A stretch of DNA of 64,000 nt from Schmidtea polychroa (Eukaryota). A model generated the notes under the pieces. It did not search any database. It was given only the letters and a program-made list of their open reading frames with translations, and was not told where the DNA came from. Shown here in pieces: positions 36,946 to 51,602 of the stretch. Every line of letters begins with the position of its first letter. The first letter of the stretch is position 1. Location: assembly GCA_044892525.1 (NCBI GenBank), contig CM097886.1, forward strand, positions 15,004,001 to 15,068,000. Direction: 5' to 3'. Position numbers and translations under genes: made by a program.

Positions 36946-37279
36946 ATTTTATTTTGATTTAAAACAATTAATTTTGATACAAAATATTTGAAATTCAATT
37001 TATTAATATATAGTTCCTATATAAATTTGTTTTTTAATTAATTAATTTGTATTATCTAAATAACCTTGTCTAGGGATCCAAAATCGATTTTTTATTACTA
37101 TACTCGTATTCGACTCATCATTTACCACCCATTCATATCTATTTCCCCAGACAATATTATTGGCATTTTTATGGTCACTTTTATATTTTAATTACTTAGT
37201 TCATTATTTTGTGTTTCTACATTAATTTTAAAGAACCCCAGGAAAACTGTAGTAAAATGTACTGTAATTACATAACTTG

Positions 37280-37720
37280 AGTGTGAAACAAATGTACAAA
37301 AGCGTGCAGATACGATAATACATGAGCTTTTTATATATTCATTCATTGCACGCTGTACTTTATGACCAACTCACGATATTTCTTAACTCCAACTTTCCCA
37401 CTCCAGTGACTCCTTGCAAGAATGTTGCGTTATGCATTCGACTGTCAATCTGAAGTCATTCGATCAATAGCCACAGTTCCATAATACCATCCTTCGACAA
37501 TGTATATTGCACGTACAATTACGTCGCCAGCGGCTTAATATTGATTGGAAAGGTACAAACACTATGATTGTTGCCTTTTCCTTTAATATAAGTATGTTCA
37601 AAATACGACAGCGGCACATTTATCTTGTCACGATAAGGCAGGCCAGCGACGCTTGTGTACAAAATTTTTTTCGGTCGCTTCTTGGGGTAAGGAAAACTAA
37701 TTGGGAAATAAAGAAGAAGC
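37280..37720 (-). pseudogene. MULE transposase C-terminal remnant
   Basis: LSYFEHTYIKG...FPI, a frameshifted IVEGWY, and terminal LSYLHAFVH resemble MULE YFE.TY / N..EGWH / YL.AIAH motifs. Confidence 0.45.
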
Positions 37721-37753
37721 AATTAAGTTTTATTATTTTTTATTTTCATAGCA

Positions 37754-37960
37754 TTAATTTAATTGACATAAAACAAGCTCTTCTAGCTTTTTTTGAGTGA
37801 ATTCAGATATAATATCATCCATATTCAAATTGTCAGCCATATTATGTTCTAGTGATATTAAACTTAATTTCCAAGTCGTTCCTCTAACATTGTTGATCTT
37901 AGATAATTTTAAATCTTTTTTAACTTTGAAAACCGTAGACTGCATATTGTTTTCCAATTT
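37754..37960 (-). pseudogene. hAT (ZMYM1/Tip100-like) dimerisation-domain remnant
   Basis: KLSKINNVRGT...LSLISLEHNMADNLNMDDIISEFTQKK resembles KLKLIKNYLRST...LALLSIE...D.II.EFA.KK. Confidence 0.6.
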
Positions 37961-38186
37961 TGTCGCGGTAAAATCTTAAGAATTTCAAAATGTGACGGCA
38001 CAGTAACTCTAAAATATGTTTAAAAGAATATTACTTGCCTATAATACACTGTAAAATAGTTTATTATAATAATAATTTTCAATTTATAATAAAATAATAT
38101 TTACTATAAAGTCACCAGAATGTTTATTGATTACTAATTAATTATAAGAATACATTTAATGCGAAATTTGAGCTTATACTCCAGAA

Positions 38187-41100
38187 CAGTGGTTCTTAAC
38201 CTTTTCAAAGACACGGAACACAATGATGTATATATTTTTCTTGCGGAACACTAACATTAAAAAATTTGAATTTTGGTATTTAGCAAGAACTTAAAATTAA
38301 TGAATAATAAAAAATCGAATATAATTTTCAACAAAGATATCTTAATTAAAATTATAAAGGATAAATTATTACATAGTTTTAAAAAATAAATTCTGAAAAT
38401 GAAATTAATCAAATAATGAACATAAAAGTTCGTTGATACAAATAACAAAAAAATCTTTAATGAGAAATTTGTGTCTGGTGATTCTTTCATATTTGAATAT
38501 CAAGTCTGATTTGAGATAGAGCTCATTTCCTCTTCTATATTATTAAGTCTTTCTCTTTTCTTGGTTTTTATGTTGGGTAATGTTGAGAAACCCAACTCGC
38601 AAAGATAAGATGTTGAAAAGTGTATTATAACTTTGAATGCCTTTCTTGATAAAGCTGGGTATTCTCTTTGGATAGAAATCCAAAATTCATTAACAGTTGC
38701 TTCTAAGGATACGGTCTGTTGACAGAGAAACTAATTCTTCTTCTTGTAAGGAAAATTTTGCATACGATGTATCAAAAATGGTGGTCATACAAGTGCGCAC
38801 GCTGACAAATATACTCACATAGACAAATGCGCACAAAAGAATAAAAATATGAATTTACAGTAAATAGTTTTATATTAAAATTGCATGCATTTATAATAAT
38901 AAATAAATAATAAATATGTACAAAATAAATTTTTATTTATTGCATTTATTGTCACATTAATTAAATATAAAATAATTGAAAAACCTCAAAAATTGACAGA
39001 CCGCCACTGATAATACCTGCATATAGCAGGTATGTTTCCTGTCTCCCGTTTTTGCTTAATCATTTTGTGTGCACTTTACTTCAATTATAATAACAGAAAA
39101 ATATAGCTAGATTATGACCAAGAAATTAATTGAAAATATTGACCAAAAAGAAATATAAACTCACTTCTTCCTTATTGCAAATTAGCTATTCGCCTCAAAT
39201 AGTTCAGCTTGTCCGGTTCTTCTTGATACCCCTGTAATTATTAGCTGCTTGTTCATGTAGGGCTTCATATTTTCTTTGCTTCGAATCTGGTTGCTCCATT
39301 CTAGCTTTTTCCAAAGTGTGTTTGTGGCATGCAAGATACCTTTCGAGGCTTTCCAGCAATATCCAGACACTTGGAAGGTTGCAATCGAAGATTAAGTTCA
39401 AAGTATTGTGTAAACCTTCACAACAATTAGTTGTTTTTGGGGAATTTTCCATTGCAGCTTCATTATGATTCAAAATTCTGATAGAAAATTGTGGCTCCCT
39501 TCCAACTGCACATTCGATGTATTTTGAGAAAAAGTATGCAATAAGTTCGTTGAACTTTTCATCGTCCGGTAATGTATTTGCTAGTGCACCAAAAACTGGT
39601 CTTACATAAATTTCTGGCACAAAAGTCAATGCAGCAAGTGATTGCTTCGTATTGAATTTCCAGCCCAATACTATTGACTTTTCTAATTATGCTTTGGCAT
39701 AAGTGAAAGTAACAACCTTTCATTACCGTATTTGAAAAAAAACGTTGACAGTACTAATACAGGCATTTTGAAAGTCTTTTAATACTTTACGTGGAGCCAG
39801 GCCTGGGATGAAATCCTTCAACATTTGCAACATTTTTATGTATATTGGTAGATTTTTTCTTTGCAAAAGAAAATATACACTCAGAGGATATGAATGACCA
39901 ACTTTAGTGTGCCAGATATAGTTGGAAAAACATTGTGGAAACTTTATCAAATGTGCCATCTCCATATATAGTTTCCTTATCCAATGACTGAAGTAAATCC
40001 TTGTCCCCAATTGCTAAAATTCTATCCGGGTAATCTTCTCCGGAATCAGTTTGTAATAGGTGTGTATACTTTTCAAGAATAGAAAAATCACAAGTGATCG
40101 GGTGCGGAAGATGCCCATCTTTTCTGTGTCTCAATAAAGTTTTTGTCATCGAAGATTTTTGCGGTAGATAAGCCAAAATATCATTACTCAGGCCAATCAT
40201 CTCGGTTCCTATCACGTTTTTTGCAGTAGCACCTACATGCTGGATATTATCCTTAATATTACTCATCACAATGTTGGCTTTGGCTTTTTGTGGACAGGAA
40301 TCATGCGAATGGGTACGTGTTTGTACAAAATTATTTCTATCTGTTGTGGCAATATCCTTGCAGTTGAAGGATTTTGATTCTCTGCATTTCCATGTTACTA
40401 TACCAATCGTCTTGTTTTCTCTATCTATTATATTAAAATCCAAGTTATGTCATCACTGCATTTGTGGTTCTTTGAATATTCCATGTAATCCTAGCATTTT
40501 TAAAATTAAAAAAAATACATTACTTCGGGTTGACAAGTTTATCTAACTATTTTATCTAGTCTTGTGCGCACTTGCCATTTAACCATCAAAAATGTATCCA
40601 TTCATAAAATTTTACATTTAAAGATGGAAAATAATTTTCAATTTTGGCTTCTAATAATGTTAAATGTTTTGTTATATCAGGAATGATTTCGTCGTACTTT
40701 TAATTATGAAGAGAATCAAACATATTTACTCTATTTTTTTGCATTATAAGAATTTTCCAAAGACAATTTTTCTTCTTAACTGCTGACAATTTGTCGGTTG
40801 ATGTCAAAATATTTTCATTTGATCCTACAGTGTTTACTTCATTTAAATATTTTAAAATATCAGTTAAATATGCCAATTTAGGCACCAAATATGATTTTTC
40901 AAATAATTTACAAAACATTATTTTCGTTTTAGAAAAAACCCAACAATTCATTTTTTAGTTCCAATATTCGACTTAATACTTAACCCCTTGATAACCATCT
41001 TACTTCACTGTGTAACAGCAAACATTCATACTGAACTTCCATAGATTCATATAGTTGTTTAAAAATGCGTGTTTTCAAAGGTCTTGACGTGATGTAATTT

Positions 41101-42649
41101 ACTATGTTGACAACTTGGTCTAATACAGGTTTTAATGCTTCTGGCAATGTTTTTGAAACAAGAGATTCTCTGTGTAAAAAGCAGTGCGTAGATATAATAT
41201 TTGGGTTTCTAGTTTTGGCAAGGGAAAAATCCTTTAATCGAGCCTGCCATTGATGGAACACCATCTGTACAAATTCCTACGCATAAGTCCCATGATATTT
41301 TAAAATTTTCTAAATATAATGTAATACAATTAAAAATATCACTTCCTGTTGTTCGTTCAGCAAATTCTCTACAGAATAAATATCGGTTTACTATTTCATT
41401 TTCAATAATAAGACGAACAAACCCCAGTAAATGAGGTTTGCCGCTAATATCTGTAGATTCATCAATTTTTAAAGCAAAAAATTGGGTTGAAAGCTTTTTT
41501 GTAACTTTTTCTTCAATATTATCTGACATGTCTAATCCTTTTTTTAATTTTATCGTCAGAGGGAGGAATTTTCGTAACCTCTTTTTTTGCATAGCCAAAC
41601 ATAATTTCAAATATTTCGCAACATGTCGGTGAAACAAGGGGCTCGGCAATGGTATGCGGTTTTAGCTTTACTGCAACTAATTCGGCTACTTTATATGAGG
41701 CAATCTGATTGTTTTGCATTCATTTCCAATATTCTTTTAAAATAATCTGCACTTTTTGAAGAAAGACTAGGGTGCTTCGTATTAAAATGCCGTTTCAACA
41801 TTGCATGAGTCATTGCGCTATTAGATAACTTTTTACCATATACAATACATTGCGGAATTCAGCATTCTTTTTTAACTGTCCATGTAAATCCAAAACTTAA
41901 ATATTTGGTCAAATATTGTCTGTTAATTTTTCTTATTTTACTGCACATTACTGTGTTTTCGGGATCTTTATTAGATTTTTCTGTATCAATTACACGGCTT
42001 ATACTTCCACTTGTACGTGGTCCATCATTATTAATTTCTTGAGAACCGCATTTTCGTTTTAAAATTTGTCCATTCTGAGCTATAAGGTTTCTAAATTTTC
42101 TATATTATTCGAAAATTAATTGATGATTAAAATATTAAGATAAAATTGATATTAGATTGAACGAGGTATTTTTCTAGTAGTCAATAATATATTTACCTGA
42201 TTTATGAAATAATATGTAATAGCAAATGCAAATGCTGTTTTAAAAATATTGATTTTAATAAAGAAAAATACAACTTTTAGAAAAAAACTTTTGTACATAA
42301 ATACTTGACTGTCGTTCATCAAAAATCAAATGATTCGTTCACAACCTACGACTTTTTTGTGTTTTTTTAAAATAAAAATTTCCCTTCAAAGTAAAAAAAA
42401 GAAACAAAATTATTTATACACAAAAATGAATGATATGAAATGAAACACATGTAATGAATAAAAAAATTCTAATTGGATTGATCTAAATCGCATATCAGAA
42501 TACTTCATACAAAAAGATAGGCCAGCTTTGGAGTAGAAAATTCAAATTAAAAAAAAGGAACGATTTTTCGTTTTCGTATCTTTCTTAAGTTTCTAATTTT
42601 CAAAACATTTAAAATTGAAATTTCGCGGAACACCGGTTAAGAACCACTA
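38187..42649 (-). mobile_element. Charlie/Buster-type hAT (ZBED5/FAM200-like transposase pseudogene) with nested MULE
   Basis: TIRs (C/T)AGTGGTTCTTAACC and 8-bp TSD CTCCAGAA / CTCTAGAA (NTCTAGAN-like). Fragments KPHTIAE, FALKIDESTDIS, CTDGVPSMAG, THCFLHRE, EVRWLSRG, LAYLTDI and FSTSYLCELGFS. Confidence 0.92.
38780..40584 (-). mobile_element. MULE/MuDR transposon (FLYWCH + MULE domain pseudogene), 1805 bp
   Basis: Perfect 9-bp TSD ATCAAAAAT (38771-38779 and 40585-40593) and imperfect TIRs sharing CAAGTGCGCAC. Protein fragments TWKC...C...HSH, IYGDGTF, YFLLQRK, LAALTFVP and KTTNCCEGLHN. Confidence 0.92.
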
Positions 42650-42659
42650 CTCTAGAATC

Positions 42660-43500
42660 TTAAAATCTAGAGTCTAGATAAATACTGTATAATACAAACT
42701 AAGCGCAGTATTACATTATACCAATGCTTCCGTTTAGCATCTAATACACGTTGTTGGATGGCATTGATATATTTATTGAATTAGATTTATTTAAGGTAAT
42801 TCAATTTTTTTTCATTTTCATAATTGAACCATACTTTTTAAATGCCTGGTTAACGTTAACAATAAATGCTGCTAATCTGAAAAAACCGATTGATTGGATA
42901 AGTTCTCCTTGTTATCGCCAAAACTTTTGCAGCAAAAACAGTAAACAGAATTATTGTAAATAGAGTAAACAAGCCAATCTCCATTTTGGATTTACTGAAA
43001 GTAATAGTTTTTTGAAAATTTTCTTCCATATTCAGACGTCGGAAGATCAAAATTTTTAACTTCATTTTGTCCTTATTCGATTAAAATTCGAGCACAGAAA
43101 TTATTTATTTTTTGGACCACATACCTGAACCATCTGACATTAAATTTTTTACCGAATCGGAATTTTTTTTGCTTAAAATTTCATTACAATTATTTTCATT
43201 TTCATCACTAGATATGGATAGACCTTTTTATCATTCTCCTCCTTATTGTTATCATCAGTTATATTATTATTACTTTCATAAACATGTTGAATTGTTAAAT
43301 TATCGATATTTTTTACATCATACTCAAAGTTTTGGGAAGTGTTCAGACTGCTGGATGATGCTGAATCATTTGATAAATCAGAGCTGCTTTATTTTCAAAA
43401 TATTGATGAAGCGGATTTTTCATTTTTTTCTCCCGTTAATTTTTGTTTTTTATACTGAGTTGCCGATTAGCGTTTGGTTTTTCATTCCAACATGACAAAG
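42660..43500 (-). pseudogene. ZMYM1-like hAT transposase N-terminal remnant (TTF zinc finger)
   Basis: Frameshifted GRKFSKNYY...WLVYSIYNNSVYCFCCKSF and KRKHWYNVILRLVCIIQYLS, ending at the Charlie insertion site. Confidence 0.65.
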
Positions 43501-44479
43501 CTAAATAATAAAATTATTTAGAATTAATTACAAATATTAAAATATAAAATTTAATATTAATATTTTATTTTAAATGTTAACCAATAAATAAATAAGTGGC
43601 TATTGAAATGAAATATATACTTCTTAACATGTATTATCCAGCTGGTTTTATTGGAGTAATAATATTTAGATGTGTTTTGTTATCTTCAGGTAAAATATTT
43701 TAAAATGAAATTAATTCATATAATTTTATTTATTATTTATTAATAGTAATTTGGAAAATATATATTTTACACTTTTACTATGTGTTCAAAGTTATAAATT
43801 AGTTAAAATGCACTTGAACAGATTAAAAATCATACAAATAATTAGTTATACAATTTACACATAAGAGAGTATAAATTCGTTTTATCCTTCTCATTTACTT
43901 GCCAAAACATAATGATTTCGTTTCCTTTCGGAGTTCTATATAAGGAATAAAATAATGTGCAAAAGCAAGACTGGTATAGTATGAAAAGCTTCTAAACAAG
44001 TGCAGTTATACAAAATATAAGGGGAACAAATTGATTATTTGCATAAGTTAAGCTTATTACAATATGTAACAAAATTGCTGTTGTAAATGTTTTTCTTTAT
44101 TTATTTTTGTTGTATATACAAATGTATATAATACGTATAAAGTTGTGACCTTAACATTTTAGATGTGTTAAATTATGTATTAATATACAACGTAAACATT
44201 TTATAAAACCAAAACAACAATAAATGTTTATATTTTTCTTTGGGCACTAATCTAAATGCAGTACATGTACTACAATACTTATTAAAATGTTGGAGGATTG
44301 CTTTATTACAATTAGAATTGTAAAAATTTCATTAGATTTTAGAAAAACAAACAAACTTTTTGTTTATTTTCAATTTTCAGTTAATAATTTAAAATAATAG
44401 GTAAAAAAGAATTAGTTTTTGACTGCCTTTTGGAATCGACCACCTAGGTACGGTGCACACATTACACACACTAGACGCG

Positions 44480-44680
44480 TCCTTGTGATCAGTTATGGTT
44501 TCTGTCAGCAAACACCTCATCCACATCATCCACTGGAAGGTGTGCCAAAGCAGATGAACATCATACACTACCCGAAATCTACCGTCATTGTCTTAATCAA
44601 ACTCATTAACTTTTCTAAGAACTCTTGCTAAGATGCAAATGATCTCAACTTGAGAAGTAAACAATTACCTTTGCATGTCA
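44480..44680 (-). pseudogene. Short MULE transposase remnant
   Basis: SALAHLPVDDVDEVF resembles MULE LALAFLP..DV..AF; a degraded HLSKS..RKVNE lies upstream. Confidence 0.35.
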
Positions 44681-44791
44681 AATTTGGATATAGAACTGCT
44701 GGCTCGATTTCATGTAACTGAGGAAAATGAATCTTTTTTTATGATAATCCTTTTCCTCAATTAAGTTTTAAGTTCTGTCATTACTTTATAG

Positions 44792-47397
44792 CAGGGATGG
44801 CAATTACATGGCACGCGTGCCAAACTTGGCACGCAGACAAAAAACTTCTGGCACTCTAAGAAATTTAAAAAAAGAAGTAGAAAAAATTCTTATTATAAAA
44901 TAATTACTGCTTTTTAAAAAAAAATTTGGACCCAAAATTTTAATCAACGGCTTTGAATTGAATTCTATATTTTTTTCTCTAGTTGGCTTTGCGTTATTAA
45001 ATAACGCAATTAATTATTAAATTTAGTTTATTTTAGCACTTTGATAAAAACCTATTTGCCAAAATAACGGTTATTTTGTACATACGTATATGGTTGTGTT
45101 ATAATTCTTGTATATTCTTACATCAGTTTTTAGTTTTGTTTTAACTTGTGCAGTTCAATAAAATTTGTGTTTAATTTTAAATAAAATTTATTTTTTGCTG
45201 AATTAAAATGGTACCAAAAAAACCAAAACTACAAGATATTCGTAGCTTTGTACTCTCTTGGACTGCTGATTACGGTTTTGTTAAACATGGAGATAAAAGT
45301 CGGTGCGGTCTGTGCTCTGAAATTATTGTATGTCGAAAGTCTTCTATTAAGCGACATTTTGAAACCAACCATAAAGAAATTGCCGAAAAAAATATTGAAG
45401 AAAGAAAAGAACTAATTTCTCAACGATTAAAGATAGCTGAAAATCAATCGAATTCATTATCAAAATTTGTAAAAACCAACAGCAATGTTACAGAAGCTAG
45501 TTTTGAAATTTCTTATTTGATTGCTAAGCAATCAAAACCATTTTCTGATGGAGAGTTTGTAAAAACAGTTATGTTAAAAGCGGCCGAAAGTTTGTTTCAA
45601 GATTTTAATAATAAAGAAAAGATTATTCAAAGAATTCGAGAAGTCCAGCTAAGCCGAAATTCAGTTAAAGATAGAATTTTAAAAATAAGTGCGAATATTT
45701 CTGATCAACTTTACAACGATGTTAATAGCTGTGACTACATTTCAATTTACCTCGATGAATCAACAGATATTAAGTCATCTGCCCGATTAGCAATCATTGC
45801 ACGTTATCCGAAAGATAATGAAATGCACGAAGAACTTTTAAAATTAGCAAATATCCCAGAAAGAACAAGAGGTAGTGATATTTGTGAAGTTGTATTCAAT
45901 GAATTAAACAAACTTAAAATAAATATTAAAAAAATCATTTCTGTAACGACAGATGGAGCTCCTAATATGACTGGACCAGAGATAGGTTTTGTTAATTTAT
46001 TTCAAAACCTAGTTGGTCATCCAATAATAGGCTTTCATTGCATTATTCATCAGCAAGTTCTTTGTGCAAAATTCGGAACTACCGATTTCAAAGAAATATC
46101 AAAACAAGTTAATAAAATCATAAATTTTGTAGTTGCACGCGACATGCATAAAAGACAATTTAAAAAACTTTTAAATGATATGGATTGCGAATACGATACT
46201 CTCTTAATGTGCAATAGTGTACGTTGGCTAAGTCGAGCGACATCCTTAGAACGATTTGTGAATTGCTTGGAAGAAATTCGACTTTTTTTACACGAATTCG
46301 ACAGGGATCGTTTTAAAGAATTATATGATACAGAATGGTTAACAAAATTAATGTTTTTACCGACGTAACATTACATTTAAACGTTCTTAATAAAAAATTG
46401 CAAGGACGAGGAAAAACAATTGAAGTTATGTTTGGATTGATAAAGGGGTTTGAAATTAAATTAGATATTTTTGCTAGAGATATCGCATCTGGAAAACATA
46501 ATAATTTTCCGAAACTTAAAAGTTTTTTAAATGAATCTACAATTTTCAAAAAAACTAATTGGAATTTTAATTACGAATTTTCTAAAGTTCTTGAAACTAT
46601 AAAAGAACAATTTTCAAATCGATTTAAAGATTTTAAAAGAATTGATAGGCTGTTGAAAATTGTAAATTATCCGGACTTATTCGATATACAGGATTTCGAT
46701 AACAACCTTATTAATTGGATGAAATTAGAAAATTTAGAAATGCAGACAGTAGATTTGCAATCTAATCCTATTTGGACACAAAAATTTGTGAATATGCGAA
46801 AAAATATAGAAGAATTGGAATATCATCGATTGTCACAGGATGGAGAGTCGGAATGCCGCATTGAAAACTTGATATTGGAAGTGTGGAATAGTATGCCAGA
46901 AGCATTTGCTTCTGTAAAAAAATTAGCAATCGCAATGTTAACCATTTTCGCATCCACTTATTACTGTGAGTCTTTTTTCTGTACTTAATCATGTACTATC
47001 AAAGACAAGAAACAGATTAACAGAAGAAGACTCAGCAGCTTGTATTACCTTACAATCGACAACATACCATCCTGATATTAAAAACCTTGCAAGTAATATG
47101 AAGCAAAAAACTTCTAACAAAATTTAAGAATTTTTTTATTAAATTTATTATTAAACTTTATAATTTTTTTTACTATTTCTTTATATTGAATAAATATTAT
47201 CACATGAACTCAAATATTGAAATTTATTTCTGTTTTCTTGTGAATAAAAAAATGAATAAAAAAATGAATAAAAAAATGAATAAAAAATGTATATATAGGT
47301 ACATATAACAAATAAAAGTTACGAGGGCACGCGAAAAAAATTGAATTTAAATTTAGTTTATTTTGGCACTTTGATAAAAACCTATTTGCCATCCCTG
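44792..47397 (+). mobile_element. Full-length hAT (SPIN/GTF2IRD2-like), 2606 bp
   Basis: 12-bp TIRs CAGGGATGGCAA and perfect 8-bp TSD CTTTATAG (44784-44791 and 47398-47405). Confidence 0.95.
45208..47120 (+). pseudogene. GTF2IRD2/SPIN-like hAT transposase with two frameshifts
   Basis: C..C...KRHFETNH, KPFSDGEFVK, LDESTDI, TTDGAPNM, HCIIHQQVLC, VRWLSR and STYYCESFF. Frameshifts near 46360 (MFLPT vs (F)TDVT) and near 46980. Confidence 0.9.
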
Positions 47398-48609
47398 CTT
47401 TATAGGTTACTTTATACACTGAAATCCGATTATGTAACTTTCTCGAAACCACTTTCTTTACGAAATTCGACAAAATCTAATCAATAATGTAATGATGTCA
47501 ATATTTAATCAAATTTTCGATAATTACAGTATGGTTGTTATCTAAATCTGAATTAAATGACGTCATTTTCCAAATTTCCAATGAACATAATCAATACAAT
47601 CAACATAACATCCTCTTACATACTTATTTTCCAAACTTTTTACAATAATCTTAGAAGTTCAAATACACTAACTTTCATACTGTATTGTAGTGTTTTTCAA
47701 TGGATATGACGTGAATTTTATTGGCTAAACAACAAAATATAACCGTGAAATATTTTAAAAGGATGTTACAATAACCTGTTTTTTGAAAAATATTTACAAA
47801 TATTAATAACAGAAACTATAAACAATTTCTTAAAAATAAATTCTCTAAATTTCATGATCGATATTATTTTTAAACTAGCGAAATGATTAAAATTTTGATT
47901 TTTGAACAGTTAAAAAAGTACAATCTTGATACACTTTTAAATTGAAAATTTATTCCTATAAATTGCTGCAGTGCTGTGACAATTTTAAAATCCTGTTTGA
48001 CGCGTTCTTTATATGTGGTAAAATCGATTTAATATTTCTAGATCAATTGCTATTTCTTGTTCTTACTACATGAAACTTGTTTTGACGTTGGGATTTAGTT
48101 GAGTTATGGATTCTCAACAAAACATTATTTATTTTGAAAATTAAACTGTAATAAAGTTGGTAGGAACGAAAAATTGTTCATATAATTTGATTCTCTTGCT
48201 TAATATTAAAAATTAAAATCAAAGCTGCAATTTTGATTTCTCTACATATTTAGCAAAGTTTAAATAATCATGGGTAATCATTTATGGTTATAATACATTT
48301 GACATTACCGTCATCTAGATTGAAATTTCACCATCACATTGGTAAATTTTTAATATCGTTTAAAATGAACAGTTTAATTTGATTTTCAATAATCAGACCA
48401 TCAAGATTAAAATATGTTTTATCACTAAAATCTATCAAACCTAATTATAATTACTGAGCTATATATATTTATAAGCAATTTAATACTATGTTGCGCGTGT
48501 AATATTTCCGTGCAAATACTATTTTGTCAGTTTCTTTGATTAATGTTTAATTGAGATTTACTTAAAAGACAGCATCAAAATTTGAATAATCTTTGGGTGA
48601 GGTTATTAA

Positions 48610-48822
48610 CCTCTTAAAGGTTTACCCCGTATATATACGGGCAAACTGAATATGGATTTTTGGATTATCCCGTATATATACGGGCAGGCTTCATATTAAA
48701 TTTAAATGGAATTCTGTGCTTCTGTTTCGTTTTAGATTATCCCGTATGGATTTGAAAAATACTGGAAAAAAATACGACCTTTTTTGAAACGTTTCCCCCG
48801 GAGAAATGGGACCGTTAAGAGG
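48610..48822. mobile_element. piggyBac-like MITE (213 bp)
   Basis: TTAA on both flanks (48606-48609 and 48823-48826), TIR CCTCTTAA(A/C)GGT, two internal CCCGTATATATACGGG palindromes. Confidence 0.7.
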
Positions 48823-48989
48823 TTAAATTTTGCGATCGTATATATATACTTAAATTTTATACTGTATTATAAATAATTTAATATTTTATTCATATGTATT
48901 ATAAATATTTATTTTAATCGTGCCCATTTCTATAGCACATATAAATATTATATTATACATACCATTTTCTCATATATATTCATATGTAT

Positions 48990-49680
48990 GCCTACAAGGT
49001 TGTTTTAATAAGTTGACAGACTTCTTTCAGCGAAATCCGTAAAGATTATACTAATTCGATCCAAAAATATTATTAATAATGACTCGATGACATGTTACCG
49101 ATATTATCTTCATTGAACTCATTTATCCAGAGATTTTCTATTTGCTGGCCTCACACTTCTTCTTAGGAACATACAATGATAAAGGAGTTTTATCAACAGT
49201 AATGATATTTCTCAGGAATTTCTCACCTTGTTCATCAAAAATGTGAAAGTTTTTTTTCTGGTAGAATTCCCCCTGGTTTTCACACATACCAGAAGATAGG
49301 AAACGTGGGACGAACCTGCCAATCTTTTTACGCCATATTCATTCACGATTGCATGCGTTTATTCGTACTCGCATTCAACAACTACGGGATATCCTAGATA
49401 GTGATTCTGTGTTTTACCTTCACAATTTGCAAAGAATCCTCTTTTTTGATCAGAAATTTCACAAGGAGAACCAATTTTCTCATTATCAAACACTGACTGG
49501 CGACAATGTTTGAAATGGCTAATCCAATCGTAGATTGTGATACGAGATGAGTATATATTTCCATAAGTTGCATGTAATTGATTCTATATTTGCTAACTGT
49601 TATCATCACACGAAACAAAGAATTTAGTCACTTCGAAACTCGACCGGATGTAGCGTGATTTGAGGAATTGAAAATTTGAT
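48990..49680 (-). pseudogene. Mariner-like transposase remnant
   Basis: KKIGRFVPRFLS (WVP..L-like) and KFLRNIITVDKTPLSLYVP (ITGDETW..Y.P-like), with many stops. Confidence 0.5.
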
Positions 49681-51602
49681 CTCTCATGGTAGGTGAATAT
49701 TAAAATAAATGATATTTTTGTAACCATTGATAATATATTATGATTTCACTAGATTATTGTTAAAATATTATTTTTTATGTGGCAGTTCGGGTACTTATTG
49801 AACCCACCATGTAAGTGTCGTTTTTAATTTATAACGACATAAATGACGAGTTACTTCATTTGAAACCATTAAGTGTTTCAAATTTTCACTGTTAGAGAAT
49901 ATATTTTCTCTTACGCACATAAGCTGACTTTATTTCTTAATATTTCTTAAAAATAAACTATTAGAGATATTCTAAAAATCTTACACCTAATTAATATATA
50001 ATATAATTTTAAATTTTATGTGGGAAAACATAATTTTTATTTTAATTATCACCGAAATCTATAATTTTTTTGTTCACTTTTGGTCTGTTTATATTTTAAC
50101 ATTTCATTTATTTTCATTTCGATTAAAGATCAATTTGTGTTACATAGGGTAAAAATTGATCTTTCTTATAATTTTTTTAATAAATTTCGGAACTATGATA
50201 GTATTAATACGATAAAAATTTAAATCATAAAAATTTTGTATAATTTTGTATAATTATTTAAAACATAAATTTTATTAATAAGTATTGTCTATTATATTAA
50301 AATTTTAACGATGGGAATACATATTCCTTCTGAGAAAATTACAAAGAAAATTTGAAATCCTCTAATACTGTGATGCCCACAATATTTTCAACAAGTACCA
50401 AAAAAAATTTGAAAGATACTGGATCTCTGCACAAATTACACACAAGAAGGCGATAGTTCCTGTGCAACCCACCGACTTAACTTAAAAAAAAACAGAAAGG
50501 CGATATAGTTTATTATTTGTGCCGGATTTATGAATTCGTTCTTGATTAATATTCACTAGCTTTATCACAATAAATTTACCGATAAACAGGATAAAATGTA
50601 TCCTCTAATTCTTCAAACTTTGTCGTTCAAAAATTGGAATCCACTTGTCAAACAATTTCACCTTATTTGCGCTCTTTTTATAAGAACAAGAAAACTCTGA
50701 TCCTTTTTTGATTCGTTTATCTCCTTAACAATTTGCGAGTGGTTTCTCTGGGATCTGATTTCTGCTGTAAATCTCAGTGTCCTGATCGATTTATTTGTTT
50801 AGAGATTATTCTGTCGGATTATAATTTTAAGATATTTTCCACGAAATTCTTAGTTTTCCAAATGCACTCTAATGTTGTCCTTTGACTTAAATTAGCTGAA
50901 TATTTTCCTGTATTTGTTGTCAATGAACACATTTTATCGGCCTCCAGCACAAATTTTGGGGCTTTTATATGAAAATTTAATTTTTGTAAATATGGTAAAA
51001 ATTTGAAAGTTTGTTAAGCATGTGAAAAATAAAAATTTATAAATATAATATTTTTATTATCATTTTTATATAATTTTAGTATTTCTTAATATAACTTCAT
51101 TAAGAAGTTGAATTTGCTTGTTTCAAATAATTTGGATAATGTTTTAGTTTTCGTTAATAAATGGTATGATAATAATGACAATAATAGTTAAATAATTTCA
51201 GTTGGATGGACAAAACTCAAGTCAGTAATTTTAAAGGTAATTGTTCTGTTTGTACGTTTTATGTTCTTCATAATGTTGAGGTACCACTATTTGAGATTCT
51301 AAACTTACTGGTTCTTTTATATATGGTATTACTATTATCACAAATGATCCTTCAGATTCTAAGTCAAGGGTTCTTTCAAATTTTGATATCAAATTGTGCG
51401 TGTTGTGTTTTTGTTATATGTTATGTAGTGCGTGCTATATTATGAATACAAAAAAAGATTGTGTTAGACTTTGTCTGACTGTCTTATTTTTAAATCTCAC
51501 GCAGATTAACTTCACAAGATTTAGAAGCTAAATTTAATTTTTGGACGTACTGATTGATTTTACCGCTTATTTATATAAAATACTTGAATTATTCTAACTG
51601 CA

